A stretch of DNA of 57,083 nt, the filler included, from Jimgerdemannia flammicorona (Eukaryota): the NCBI GenBank assembly GCA_003990765.1. It is 3 parts of 3 records of this genome, joined end to end, with 100 filler letters (N's around TTAATTAATTAA, not from the genome) between each part and the next. Parts side by side here need not be neighbours in the genome. Positions count along the whole stretch, not along the records: positions 1 to 18,964 come from RBNJ01002062.1; positions 19,065 to 38,024 come from RBNJ01002063.1; 1 more part is not named here. The stretch is one strand, 5' to 3'. Positions within the stretch are counted from its first letter, which is position 1. Every line of letters starts with the position of its first letter. The position numbers and the translations under genes were made by a program. Below, in pieces: positions 11,019 through 22,591 of the stretch. Under the pieces are notes generated by a model. It had not been told where the DNA came from. It saw nothing but the letters and a program-made list of their open reading frames with translations, and searched no databases.

Positions 11019-13111
11019 TCATCGCATCACCAATCCACTTTCTGGTCCATCCATGCTTCCATAGCTCACGCTACTCCTCACACTCCCTGAGTCTGTCGTC
11101 GCGGTCCCAGCATTCTTCGGGATCAACATCGAAGCGACGTGAACATGATGTTGCTCCTCCAATGGATTTTCCTCTTCCTGCTGCTTCACCTCACCCCACG
11201 CGGCGCTGTTGACCGCCACGAACCCGGCAATAACCAAAAGGGCGCCGCACCAGTATTGCGGACCAACAAAAAGAAGTTTGAAAAGGATGTCGCCAGTGAG
11301 AGCGAGGGGAATCTATATTTTAGATGAAATATAGATAATTAGCCATGGAAATTGTCAGAGAAAACCGAGGCAAGAACAGAGTGTATAGGTATGTAATCCT
11401 CGTGACAGTGCAATAAAGAGATATACATACCGTCAGCGACAAGCCCAATGTCACGACCAGCGGCGAAGTCATCAGCATCGACAACAACCATAGATAGTCG
11501 GATCTAAAGCAGTTTATCGATTAAAATCATGCATTTCATATCCAAGCACCCACACTATCCAAATTTCCAAAACATAATGTGCCCACCCCCATTAAAAAAA
11601 TCCCATCAGTATACTCACAAAAATGTCCCGACCAACGCATTCACCACCACCATGCCCCAAACCATGGCTGTTGATGGCAAATCGAACGGTTCGATCCCCG
11701 TGAAATGTAGAATGAAAAACGCGGGCCAGAGTAGGCAAACGTTGAACGCGCCCACAAACCCAAAGAAGAGGGGCATGCTGACACGCTCCTCGTTCCGGAT
11801 ACGAAGTTTGAGCAAAACGGTGTAACAGCCGTAGAAGAGGGCGCCGATCAAGGCTAAGAAATCACCAAAGAGTTTGTTGGTGGGAGCGTCATCGGCAGTG
11901 GCATTAAAGACGGCGTTGGTGTGTGTGAGAGGGAGGGATGGAGTGCTTTGGTTGTCGGAAGTGGAGACAAGAATGACGCCGAGGACGCTATGATGGAAAA
12001 GTACATTGTGAGTCTGAAAGAAAAGGAAAATATGTGTGTCAAAACGTCAGTCTCAAAACGTCAAAGGGCTCACCTCAAACAAACAGCCCCAAATTTAATC
12101 CAGTTGAAACGTTCGATGCCCGCCATGGCACCAATGGCTAACGTAAAGAAGCCTGGTATCGCATCGCATCGTGAGTAATATGAAAAACACAAACGAATCA
12201 ATAAATTCATGGCCAATGATCCCAATCGGCTAGAACTACCAAAGGACAGACAAATTTATAATTACCTGACATAGACGCCAAGATGGTACTACTCGCGACA
12301 GTTGTATACGCCAAGCTTGCATTCGTGCTCCAATTGGCGAGAAACCAGAGGATGCAGAAGGTCATACTGAGTTTAGCAATCTAAAAAAATGGGTATATGC
12401 GTTGACGAGGGTGATAAATGGTCAGTATCTCTATATATCAGTCAATCAATTGGCCAGAATGGACTCTGTGAATGTACTAACCTCTCGTATGTTCAATGGT
12501 TCGCTGTTCAGAGCGTCGACTCCAGTAGATTCGCGCTTCTGGGAGATAAAACAAAAATAAATAAAGGTCAACGTGTGGAATGACAGTGTGACAGTACGTT
12601 GCATATAAAAAGATTCGAGGGTATGATGGCACAAACACCCACGTCGGCAACATCGTGTAACCTGCACGTTCAGAATGTGTAGAATGTGAGCAATCCAGTA
12701 CGAGATTCAATATTTATGTGTTACATATCCATCGTGTGTGGAAGTTATCTGACTGACCTCGCGTACTCTTCTTGATCGGCGACCCTCCTCCGAGCAGGGT
12801 CATCTCTCCGGAAAAGCAGGAAAGGTATGAGGTACAACGAGAAGGACGCGGTGTTGACATATGTGACGAGGAATGGCTTGTTGAAGTTTTGACTGGAAAA
12901 TATGTTCTGGAAGAGAAAAGGGATAGTGTGTTAGATTGTTAGATTTAGTGGGGGAGGAGGAGGAGGGGGGGGGGGTGTAGTGTTACTGTTACTCAGAGGG
13001 ATGACGTACGTTCATGAGAAACGATGAGGCGACCCATATTAGCACGACGGACAGCAGTGCCAATACGCCCACGAGGTAGCGTTTTCGTTGAGTGTTGTTG
13101 TGTTCAGGCAT
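11019..13111 (-). CDS. SLC35F/EamA (DMT superfamily) transporter, YML018C/THI74/SLC35F5-like; multi-exon
   Basis: Exon peptides IWVASSFLMN, FNKPFLVTYVNTASFSLYL, FCILWFLANWSTNASLAYTTVASSTILASMS, GALFYGCYTVLLK, FFGFVGAFN, DYLWLLSMLMTSPLVVTLGLSLT, separated by GT-AG introns. Start codon is the best candidate only. Confidence 0.88.
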
Positions 13112-13727
13112 TAGTGAAGGTAGCGATGGATAGGAAGAGAAGGAGAAGAGAAAACAAAGATGTGTGTTAGTGGCTTACCAATGGTACCAGAATGTTGTAC
13201 AATGGCGAGCTCAGGGCAAAATGACATAATCTCCTCGGCCATCCTAACCAATATAAATAACCACCACCTCCTCCCCGTATATATACTTCCTCTGGAATAT
13301 GATGGCCCTCAACAATCTTTGAGATTGACCGCCCGAGATATCACAAGTGCGATGCTAGTACAAGCACAGCCAACCAGTTTTACAATCAGTGTAATTGAAG
13401 CATTGTGTTCCGGGTCCCTGATCTGTACAGCCTGACACGAATGGCTTACTTGTGATCCATGACCATTCCCTGTGACGGCGGTTTAGTATATATACAAGTA
13501 TCGGAATGCATCGACGCACAGGCCACGGAACAAGTATATATATACATCGGAACTGAAGGGTGATAAGGCGACATGAACATTGTGGCAAGAGGACTTTCTG
13601 ATGTATATAGAATTGTATAGATAATAAAGTGCCTTAATAAAAAAAAAGGCGACATGAACATCTTGAGGGTGATAATTAATTATGTAGTAAAGCGCGGACC
13701 CAAATGTTCAGCTGAGCCAACCAAGGC

Positions 13728-13799
13728 GGCATGAGCCAGTCAGAGAGGCATGAGCCAGTCAGAGAGGCATGAGCCAGTCAGAGAGGCATGAGCAGTCAG
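13728..13799. repeat. 19-bp tandem repeat (GGCATGAGCCAGTCAGAGA x3 plus a partial unit) in a divergent intergenic region
   Basis: Read directly from the sequence. Confidence 0.95.
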
Positions 13800-14093
13800 G
13801 TGTCATCTTAATTAATTACATGGTAAGAAATCTGATGATCTGAGGTTGAGGCGATTTCTTTGGTGACAGCTTTCTATTCATTCGATGCTCTTGAACAAAT
13901 AGGTCATCTCGGTGGTGGCAGGCGTGGTGGCCAAAAAGACAAAGCAGCCAGTCATGGCCCCACCTTCTGCTGCCCATACTATTACTGGTTCTGGACCAAA
14001 TGCAAGCCACAGACGATAATCGGAGACGACCGACACGCTCACAAAATTCAGGAACACAAACGCGTCCCCCTTCTCCCGCCCCCTACCCACACC

Positions 14094-16100
14094 ATGAAAT
14101 TCGGCAAGTACCTGGAAGAGCGCAAGTCCCGCCTGCCGGAAGGCTGGGCAGACAAGTGTATTGATTATACAAAGCTCAAGCTGTTTCTCAAGACAACCGT
14201 CTACCTGCACTCCGTCAAACTCGACCCTACCCAAATGACCTGGGACTCAAAGGATCAACCCTCCTTCGCACAGTTGCTATCCGAGCGTCTGGCAAAGCTG
14301 CAGATAAGCGAAGCTGAATTTATCAACATGCTCGACGCTGAGGTGCTGAAATCTTCCAACTTCTTCATCGAGGAATGCGTGCGACTCGTCGCGGAACACG
14401 ACAAGATAGTGGCTGTTCGCGTCGCTGACGGGACGTCAACTAATTCGGCCAGCACCGCAGAGAAAACAGCGCAACTTTTGCAAGATGTCGTGACTCTCGA
14501 AAGATTCGTGTTCCTCAACTACACTGGCATCATCAAGATCCTCAAAAAGAGCGACCGTCACTCGGGTCTGTCCATCTCCGACCCTTACCTTTTCCGCGTC
14601 TCCTCCCTTCCCCTCGTCCGCGCTGAAAAACTCTCGGTGTTGAAGCAGTCTCTCATGAACGAATTCAATTATCAGAACCTTCATCCCAACAACGTCTTCC
14701 GGCCCAGCGCTACTCCGACTCCTTTATCCGCGCGTAGATCACCCTTTTCTCCGACTCTGCTCCCAGCCTCCACTTTCCCACCGACGACCCTTCTCCCGAA
14801 CCAAAAAGTATTGGTCTCCCTCTCCGGTCCGCACGGCACCGACATCATTGGCGCGGTCCTCTCCTGTGTCGCGCAGCACAACTGCGACATTGAAGATTTC
14901 ATGTTCTCTCGCCTCTACCACAACGTCACCTTCGGCGTCCTCATTACGTTCAAATTCCAGAACGTCGCCATTTTCCAGGACCTCGCCGCCCAAGCCCGCA
15001 AATGGGATGCCACTCTTACCTTCGACGTTCCAGACATGCAGGCCACGGAGCCAGGCACCAAAGCCCAGCTCACCTCCAACGGCCAGATCTACCTCCCCTC
15101 TTCGCTCGACGAGGCTCCCTACGAGAATCGCGTCAAATACACTGCCACAGTCTTGAACCAAAACGGCCTCACGCCTGGATTCCTCTTCGAGTGGACTCAG
15201 CTGCTGCTGGCGAACCGCATCAGCGTAGAGAAGATGGCGCGTCTGAATGAAGGAATGATCTCGTGCGCGGATTACAAGCTCTCCATGCCACGCGATGTCG
15301 ATATGGAAAAGTTAAGAGAGAAGCTGTTCGATTTGAGTAGGAGCCATGGAACTGATGTGGCGTTGCAGCTGAACGATGTATTCAGGAAGAACAAGAGACT
15401 GGTAGTATTCGATATGGATTCAACGTTGATTCAGCAGGAGGTTATTGATGAAATTGCAAAGTATGCAGGAGTGGTTGGCGAAGTGGCGGTAGGTGCTTTT
15501 TTTTTTACTGTTTGAAGATTCTTCTCCGTTGAAATTTTCTCGTCGTTTGAGGTTCCCACATACCCTCCTCTCTGTTTTCTTATGTCTATTCGCCAACCTT
15601 CTTGACCATACCATTGCCATCGGGTATTTCTACATCTTATCCAAAATAGAAAATTACGGAAGCGGCCATGAACGGCGAAATTGACTTTAAGGAATCCCTC
15701 CGTCGTCGCGTCGGTCTTCTGCGCGGGACAAGTGTAGACGTACTCCAAACAGTTAAGGCCAATTTGACGTTTATGGAAGGCGCGAGGTTCCTATGCCGCG
15801 CCTTGAAAAAGATTGGGTTCAAGCTTGCGGTCATCAGCGGTATGTATGTAAGAGGTATCTTGGCGAGGAATATGGTTTTGGTAGGCCTTTGAATCATCAT
15901 TTGACGCGTTTCTCTTACTCCGGGATTGTTATGATGAAAGGTGGCTTCATGCCTCTTGCTCTCCACGTCAAGTATGAACTTGGTCTAGATTACGCTTTTG
16001 CGAATCAGGTGTGCAAATGTAATTTTACGTTATCTCGCCACTGTGAACTTTGTTCCAATCTCAACTTTAATAATCATGTATTTTCCTTCCTTCCCCCTCC

Positions 16101-16139
<39 letters not shown>

Positions 16140-16588
16140 ATTATTTCCCGCAAGCTTAAAGTCTCCTCTGACGGCCTCACTCTCACCGGCGAGACCGTTG
16201 GCCCTATTGTAGATGGTCAACGCAAAGCTGAGCTACTTGAAGTCATTGCTCAAGCCGAAGGAGTGACACTGGACCAAGTGATTGCCGTAGGTGACGGTGC
16301 GAACGATTTGTGGATGCTGGCTAAAGCTGGATTGGGGATTGCGTTCAATGCTAAGCCAAGAGTTCAGCAGCAGGTATGTAGTTTGGCTTTCCCCTCTTCG
16401 ATTTTTGTGACATGAATTACTAAGATTGGTATCTTAGGGCTTGATTTAGTTTTATGGCTTTAACAATAGTTTTCAATGTTCATTTCCTGCAACAGGCGCG
16501 AGCGAGGATCAATCAAAAGAGCCTAAAGCATGTACTATATATGCTGGGATACACCGATGAGGACATGAAGCAGCTGCATGACGAATAA
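14094..16588 (+). CDS. serB: Phosphoserine phosphatase with N-terminal SPX domain and two ACT domains; exons 14094-15488, 15650-15839, 15941-16008, 16155-16373, 16496-16588
   Basis: SPX: MKFGKYL...IDYTKLK and LNYTGIIKILKKSDR. HAD: VFDMDSTLIQQEVIDE, TEAAMNGEIDF, ISGGF, VGDGANDL, GIAFNAKP. Four GT-AG introns keep the frame. Confidence 0.95.
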
Positions 16589-16783
16589 ATCACCACATTG
16601 AAAATTTCTCATGAATAGATGGTCAGATGGATAGCTGTAAAAAAAAAAAAAAAAGTGTGAGGGTTTATTTATATAATCAGCAAGGAGATTAGATATTTGC
16701 TCAGGAGCTCGCAATACGAATAGACTGAGGTACTGTCATCTGCAAAGTTCTGCGCTTATACGAATTTTAGGGAAATGTATAAT

Positions 16784-18900
16784 TTATACCGTGTCCGTCA
16801 CCTCTTCGGACCTTTTCTTCATGCACAAATCTTCACTTTTCATGCCCGCCCTCCCGAAAGAAGTAATCTCCTTTGCGATCATTCGAAGCTGGTCCTTATC
16901 TGTCTTGTCGCGCGTCGCCCGATCCATAGAAACAAGGACAAATGGGGAAGTTTGATAGGGTCTAAAAGAAGATAGCGATTAAGAATGGTTACAAGTAGAG
17001 TTGTGATATAAAGAACAATCCAGAAAAGGAATTTCGCGTACCTGCACATGACCAGCCATCGCTCGTGAAACGGCTCCATACCTCTTACCGTGACAGCCTC
17101 CCCCGCCATGTTTCCTAGCATCGCTGCCAGCTGCTGCTGACGTTCACTAGTCAGAAGTGATTGCAATTGCAGCTATTTTCCCGCAATACCGTTGTGATAG
17201 ATATTAGCTTTACCATTCGTTCGCCCCACGTACACTAAATGAATAAATCGTCCCAGCTACATGCCTCTTTCAATATCTCTATCACCGCCTCTGTCGCATC
17301 CTCGGTCATTATGTCCTTCACCAATCCTAAAAACGCGTCCATCACGTCCGTGCGAAAGAGAGATCGTAACCAGTAGGGTTTTCGGGATACAAACTAGGAG
17401 GCGGGGGTCGCAATAAGGACCTCGATCATTTCAGAAAGGGCGCAAATACTTGATTGATCACATGACCTACCAAACGAATGAGCCGCAGGAGTTGCATCAC
17501 CGAAAGATCGCTATCCGTCTTTATATCGGTACCACTGTTGCGGCGAAACCACAGTGCCCCGAGAATGGTCTCGAGCATGAATCCATTAGCGGGGTTATTG
17601 ACTAGGTATCGGTCTTCGAAGCGTCATTTTAGGACATATATTTAGCAGGAGCTGTACTCACTGTCGGTTTGCTTGGCGGGGCTAAAAAGAAAACTGAATT
17701 CACAAATGCTCGAGAGGAACTTTGAATATCACCTACCAATTTGTCTAGAACCACGCGCGAGCACCGCTTCGAAACATTCAACGATAGCCGGTAATTGTTG
17801 CCAAGTGAAATTGTGGTCGAACTTAACGGCAAATGAAAGAATTGTTAAGATTTTGTATGAGCTTTTATAAAGGAGTTCGCAATATAATTATGTGGACAAA
17901 AATGTAGATGCACAATTTACTTCCGACATCAGCAAATCCCTCGCCACGTTCCATATCTTGAATAGGGTGTGATTTGCTCGTTTCTCCATGTCTTCTAATG
18001 ACCAGGGAGGTATGTCAGATGACGCTAAGAAATGGGCCAAGGCCGCTATTGGACATCAAGATACGTATAAGCGAACCTTGCTTGAAACCAGGGGGGCAAC
18101 GATTTAGGGAGAAAGGTACACAAAAGAGCCGGTCGGACTTACGTATAATCATAGATGTATCAACGATACCCACCAACACGGTATCACAAATATCGAGAAA
18201 TGTAGACGAGGCAGAAATTCTCTATTCGAATCAGCGATGAGCAGATCGCCATGGTGTTAATCTAGCGAGCTCCAACCACCTCCGACCTGGCCATCGAAAC
18301 CACCTCCCTACCCAGCTCATACCTCAACCTCAACTCCCATCCTCCTCTCAGTATCTATCACTGTCGCAAGCAATTCTAAGGCCGCGCTCTTTAAAGAATC
18401 CGCAATAATCGATTTTTCCAACCGATATCCAGCAGCTTTAATGGAGCCATTACCGCCATCTGGCCCAGATACCCATTGACAAATCCACTGACGCAGAGAG
18501 GTAACGAACAAAGGATGGTTCAGAATCTGGCAGCTTGCTGCGTTTTAGGAGATAACAAATAGGGTGTCGCTGAGCATACTGCAAATATCAGAGAAACCAG
18601 AAACGACGATATCCAGAGTGATGGTAAGGCTCTCAGACTAACCGGCAGTATTACGCGCGTATGCTAGCAAGGTAAGAAACTGTAATGTCCCAGTTAGATG
18701 TCGCATGAGATCTCTCGCCACAAGTGTTGCTTCGTCGTTTGTTTCGTGAGCGAGCGGGGGATCGCGTTTTCTCATGTTCCTATTCTCGACTTGAGTTAGC
18801 CGCTGCATTTCGCTGGAAGAATCGTTATAGTTTGTGGGCGTTTCCCTAAGCGCAAACCGAATGTTGCAACATTTCATATAAAGTGAAGCTTATATTCGTT
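16784..18900 (-). CDS. 3' portion of an unidentified multi-exon gene (5' end lost at the gap)
   Basis: CpG-rich, coding-like segments separated by GT-AG introns. Last exon reads RPYQTSPFVLVSMDRATR...EEVTDTV*. Family not recognised and exon structure only partly resolved. Confidence 0.55.
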
Positions 18901-18964
18901 GCTACCTACTCTAAAGCACGGTTCAGCACTGGGGGAGATATTATGCGTGAGCAAACAAAAAAAA

Positions 18965-19064
18965 NNNNNNNNNNNNNNNNNNNNNNNNNNNNNNNNNNNN
19001 NNNNNNNNTTAATTAATTAANNNNNNNNNNNNNNNNNNNNNNNNNNNNNNNNNNNNNNNNNNNN
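18965..19064. other. Assembly gap with artificial TTAATTAATTAA spacer
   Basis: 44 N + TTAATTAATTAA + 44 N. Confidence 0.99.
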
Positions 19065-20298
19065 TCAAGAGAGTTCTACTAGCCAAAGATGACTAAGGAT
19101 ATCAAAGACTTTGTGGCCTCATGCGAGATGTGCCAAAGGTTCAAAAGTGGTAACAAGCTACCAGCAGGACTCCTGCAACCCTTGCCTATCCTGAGTCACA
19201 ATTGGGACCAGATTGCAATGGACTTCATTGTCCAACTCCCCAAGACCAAGGTAGGATGGGATGTCATCGTGGTATTCGTGGACCGCCTAAGTAAACAAAC
19301 CCATTTTGCACCCACCAAGACCACTGCTACAGCACCAGAGATTGCCGAGATCTTTCTCAACTAAGTATTCAGGCTACATGGCATGCCTAGCACCATTGTA
19401 TCTGACCGAGATGCCAAGTTCACAAGCAACTTCTGGAAGACATTTTTCTCTCTCCATGGAACCAAGCTGAAGTTCTCTACTGCCTACCACCCTCAGACTG
19501 ATGGTCAAACCGAGCGAACCAACAGGACCCTCAAACAGATGCTTAGCATCTTCTGCTGTTACAAGCAAAATAACTGGGACAAGTACCTAGCCCATGCTGA
19601 GTTTGCCTACAACAACAGTCAGCAAACCTCCACAAAGAAGACTCCATTCTTCCTGAACCATGGTCAACACCCAAGGACCCCAAGTACCTGCGAAATCAGC
19701 AGTCCCAGCAGCCCAAGATCTGGCCGAAACCATTTCTGACCTTACGCGAATGACAAGAGATGCTCTCATAGAAGCACAAGACTACCAGACCAAGTACACG
19801 AACTTGAAGCGAAGAGAAGCCTCCTACAATATTGGTGACAAGGTCATGCTTAGAACAGACCACCTCCACCCAGACACCCTGGCACAACAACTAGCCAAGA
19901 AACTCCGTGCTAGAAGAATTGAACCATACAAGATCATGGAAAAAATCAGCGAAGTCAACTACAAGTTGCAACTTCCCCACAATATCCGAGTACACCCAGT
20001 ATTCCATATCAGCCAATTGGTGGACTACCATGAGAACCCATTTCCTGAGCATACAGTTCCACCACCACCCCCAATTAGGATCAATGATCATGAGGAATTC
20101 GAAATTGAGGAAGTACTTGACCACAAGATCCGAAAATATCCCAAAGCAGTCAAGCGCTTTTTCCTGATCAAGTAGAAGGGTTACCCCACCCATGATGCCA
20201 CCTGGGAAAAAGAAGAAGTCCTGAAGAATGCACATGAAGCCCTCCAGGACTACATGGAAACACTCACTCCCCAGCAAAGAAAGGAACTACAGCTCTAA
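19065..20298 (+). pseudogene. Integrase plus chromodomain of element B
   Basis: CEMCQRFK, IAMDFIVQLP, IVSDRDAKF, YHPQTDGQTERTN, VHPVFHISQL; chromodomain EEFEIEEVLDH...FLIK*KGY...DATWE. Confidence 0.93.
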
Positions 20299-20941
20299 GC
20301 ATAGGAGCACACAGCAAGCAGAAGGATACCACATATTTTTATCTGGAAATATAAAATACTGAGCATTGCGAAAAAAGGAACACTATGGATAACTAACAAG
20401 AAGATACCCGAACAACAGAACAATCTAGTACAGTATAGCAAAATGCATTTGAACAACCCTATTTCACGCCATCTGTGTCATCTCCGCTGGATGATGACAG
20501 ATGCTTCATGTGAAACTTAGGAAAGCTGACAATGTCGAAACCAGTCTAAGTCCATCCATGTGACAGATATTGTTACTAAAGAATTGCCTCGGATTACAAG
20601 AAAGTCTATTTCTGAGAGGTTCGAACCCCCAGCCACGACAATGGGAGCCCTCACCTTAGACAAGGATGGTCAGTCCTTGTAAATGCACCAATCAGACAAA
20701 AAAAAAGTGGACCAAGACCTGTTAACTCTGTGTAACCACAGACGGGTGACAAGATCTTTGAAATCAGGATTTCCTCATGTGACCAGCACATGCTCCGCTT
20801 ACAGCACAGGTCATGCATTTTGCCAGAAAGTATGACCAAAGGAAGATCACATCAGATGGGTGAATAAGTATAAATACCCAAGACAAGAATACCCCGCAAC
20901 TCTCATCCCCCTTTCCCTCACAAAGAAAAGACAAGACAAGA

Positions 20942-21748
20942 ATGCCTGCCACCCGCCGCCAATCTGCCCGCCGTAGCCGGCCCCTCCCAAGCCAGGTTGA
21001 CCGCCTCTTTGGACACATCCAAGTTGCTATCCAAGGAAGGAACTGCCACTCAGAGGCCCTTGACCTCTCCCACCAGGACCTAGGACATTATGTCCTCAAC
21101 CACCGTGAAGTCATTGACAGAGCCTACCTTGCCACCAGCCACCTAGAGATTTGGCATGAATACGAGATTGGCCATCAACTCCTCCAACGTGCAAAGGACC
21201 TGCCTACAGACCAAGTCTCTGACTGGACTCACCTAGACAGGCATGAGCAAAGACTTGCCAAGAAGGTCCATCAAATCATGCGCCATGCACCTTTTGCGAT
21301 TCCCAACCTCAATTATGTACAACTGAAGGACTTCCAGAACCTCTCTTTCCCTGAGGTCAATGAACTGGAGATCAAGGTAGCCCAAGAAGCCAACTCCTGG
21401 ATCACCCCCAAGTCTACCGACTGCGAATCCTACTGGAGCCCCCTCCTGAATGACAACTCTGACCAATGGCTCCAAGGCCTCTCTGACCTCTTTGAAGGAC
21501 CACCTATTCGAATGGATATTCCCAGGTATGAAGATCAAGAGCCCTACTTGGATGGCCCCAACTGCATCAGATGGAGAACCCCAACACCAGCACAAAACCC
21601 AGTATGAGAACCATTTGCAGACCTCATTGACTTCTCCATCCTGGACATCAAGCCATCAGTAACCACCCCCCCTGCCCCTGAGCAAGATTCCCCACCTTTC
21701 TCTCCCCTGGTTCTCAATTTCTCAATCAACGAGGACATTGATTTCTAA
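20942..21748 (+). pseudogene. Accessory ORF homologous to the element-A LTR ORF (268 codons; one TGA at 21605-21607, probably CGA>TGA)
   Basis: The frame continues past the TGA as EPFADLIDFS...PLVLNFSINEDIDF*, matching DLISFS...PMILNF of element A. TATAAATA at 20869. Confidence 0.85.
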
Positions 21749-21759
21749 GGGGGGAAGGA

Positions 21760-22591
21760 TGTAACAGAATGAACAGATGGGATGCGAAGAGTGACAAACG
21801 ACGAACGACGAACGACGAATGACGAATGATCACGTGACCCGGCGATGACGTCATCATACGATCGAGCACGACATATGAATAACGATGCAAATGAACGATG
21901 CAAACAAACGATGTGGAAAACGATATTCAGCTTATCCCCAACAATCGGCGCCACAGTAACAGTTGCCACAGTTGCTGATCATTGCCTAGTAATTGAGGTC
22001 CTGATCACAAAGTTGTTTTTGCCAAAAACCACCTGACAAAGATCGCAATTACAAACCTCATTATAGTTACCAAATTAGTCACTCATACTTAGTCAGAAAT
22101 CGTGGACCAACTTGTATAAATACCCCCCAGTTTCCATCTGAAATAAATCAGTTTTAGTTCAGTCCTTAATACAAGAATCAAGTCTCCCCCACACACACAC
22201 ATTCCCCTGAGTCTTAGTAATGACATCTAAGTGACTCTAGTGTTTCTGACTAAACTCCAGAAACCTAGCTAACTTCTGCCAGAACTGAGACCGGTATATA
22301 AATCACCAAAGACTTAAGTAAACCCATTGAACCTGAATTCCAAGGCGAATTCAGTCTGTGCACAGCAAAGAACAAGACCCTCGAAATAGGGTACAAAAGA
22401 AAGACCTTTGAAAGATAAGGCAAACCAGAAAGACCTTTGAAAGATAAGGCACTGCCACTACAACTACTTAAAGCGAGCGCTTCCTCAACTGAAGGCTTCT
22501 TGGTACACATTGTGTACTAAGTCCCTAAGTAATAGTCCACTTCCCTAATTATCCTAAGGATAAGAGAGGGATAGAAGTGAGAGTTATTACA
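21760..22591 (+). repeat. 3' LTR of element B (832 bp)
   Basis: TGTAA...TTACA termini after the PPT. Contains CACGTG and ATGACGTCAT palindromes, TATAAATA (~22114), AATAAA (~22142) and a ~25-bp duplication (~22399-22451). Confidence 0.88.

Larger units (their letters stand above)
19065..22591 (+). mobile_element. 3' half of a chromovirus-type Ty3/Gypsy element (element B)
   Basis: Integrase core, chromodomain, accessory ORF, PPT AAGGGGGGAAGGA (21747-21759) and LTR. The LTR abuts LINE ORF2 at 22592. Confidence 0.93.

Noticed and set aside
13860..14093. N-terminal extension of the 551-aa ORF
   Set aside because: Begins at a non-ATG codon; SPX proteins characteristically begin MKF, at 14094.
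16784..18900. Naming this gene as a nucleoporin or longin-domain protein
   Set aside because: No diagnostic motif that I can support.
19009..19020. TTAATTAATTAA inside N runs (also 38069-38080)
   Set aside because: Artificial all-frame-stop contig linker; adjacency across both gaps is unproven.
20515..20552. Possible minimal hammerhead ribozyme (CTGACAA-TGTC-GAAAC-CA-GTC-TAAGT)
   Set aside because: The core is not CUGANGA, and the stem I partner ACTTA is not adjacent to the core.
20600..20692. tRNA gene (GGTTCGAACC, terminal CCA)
   Set aside because: No cloverleaf or correct spacing; kept only as a shared motif under findings.
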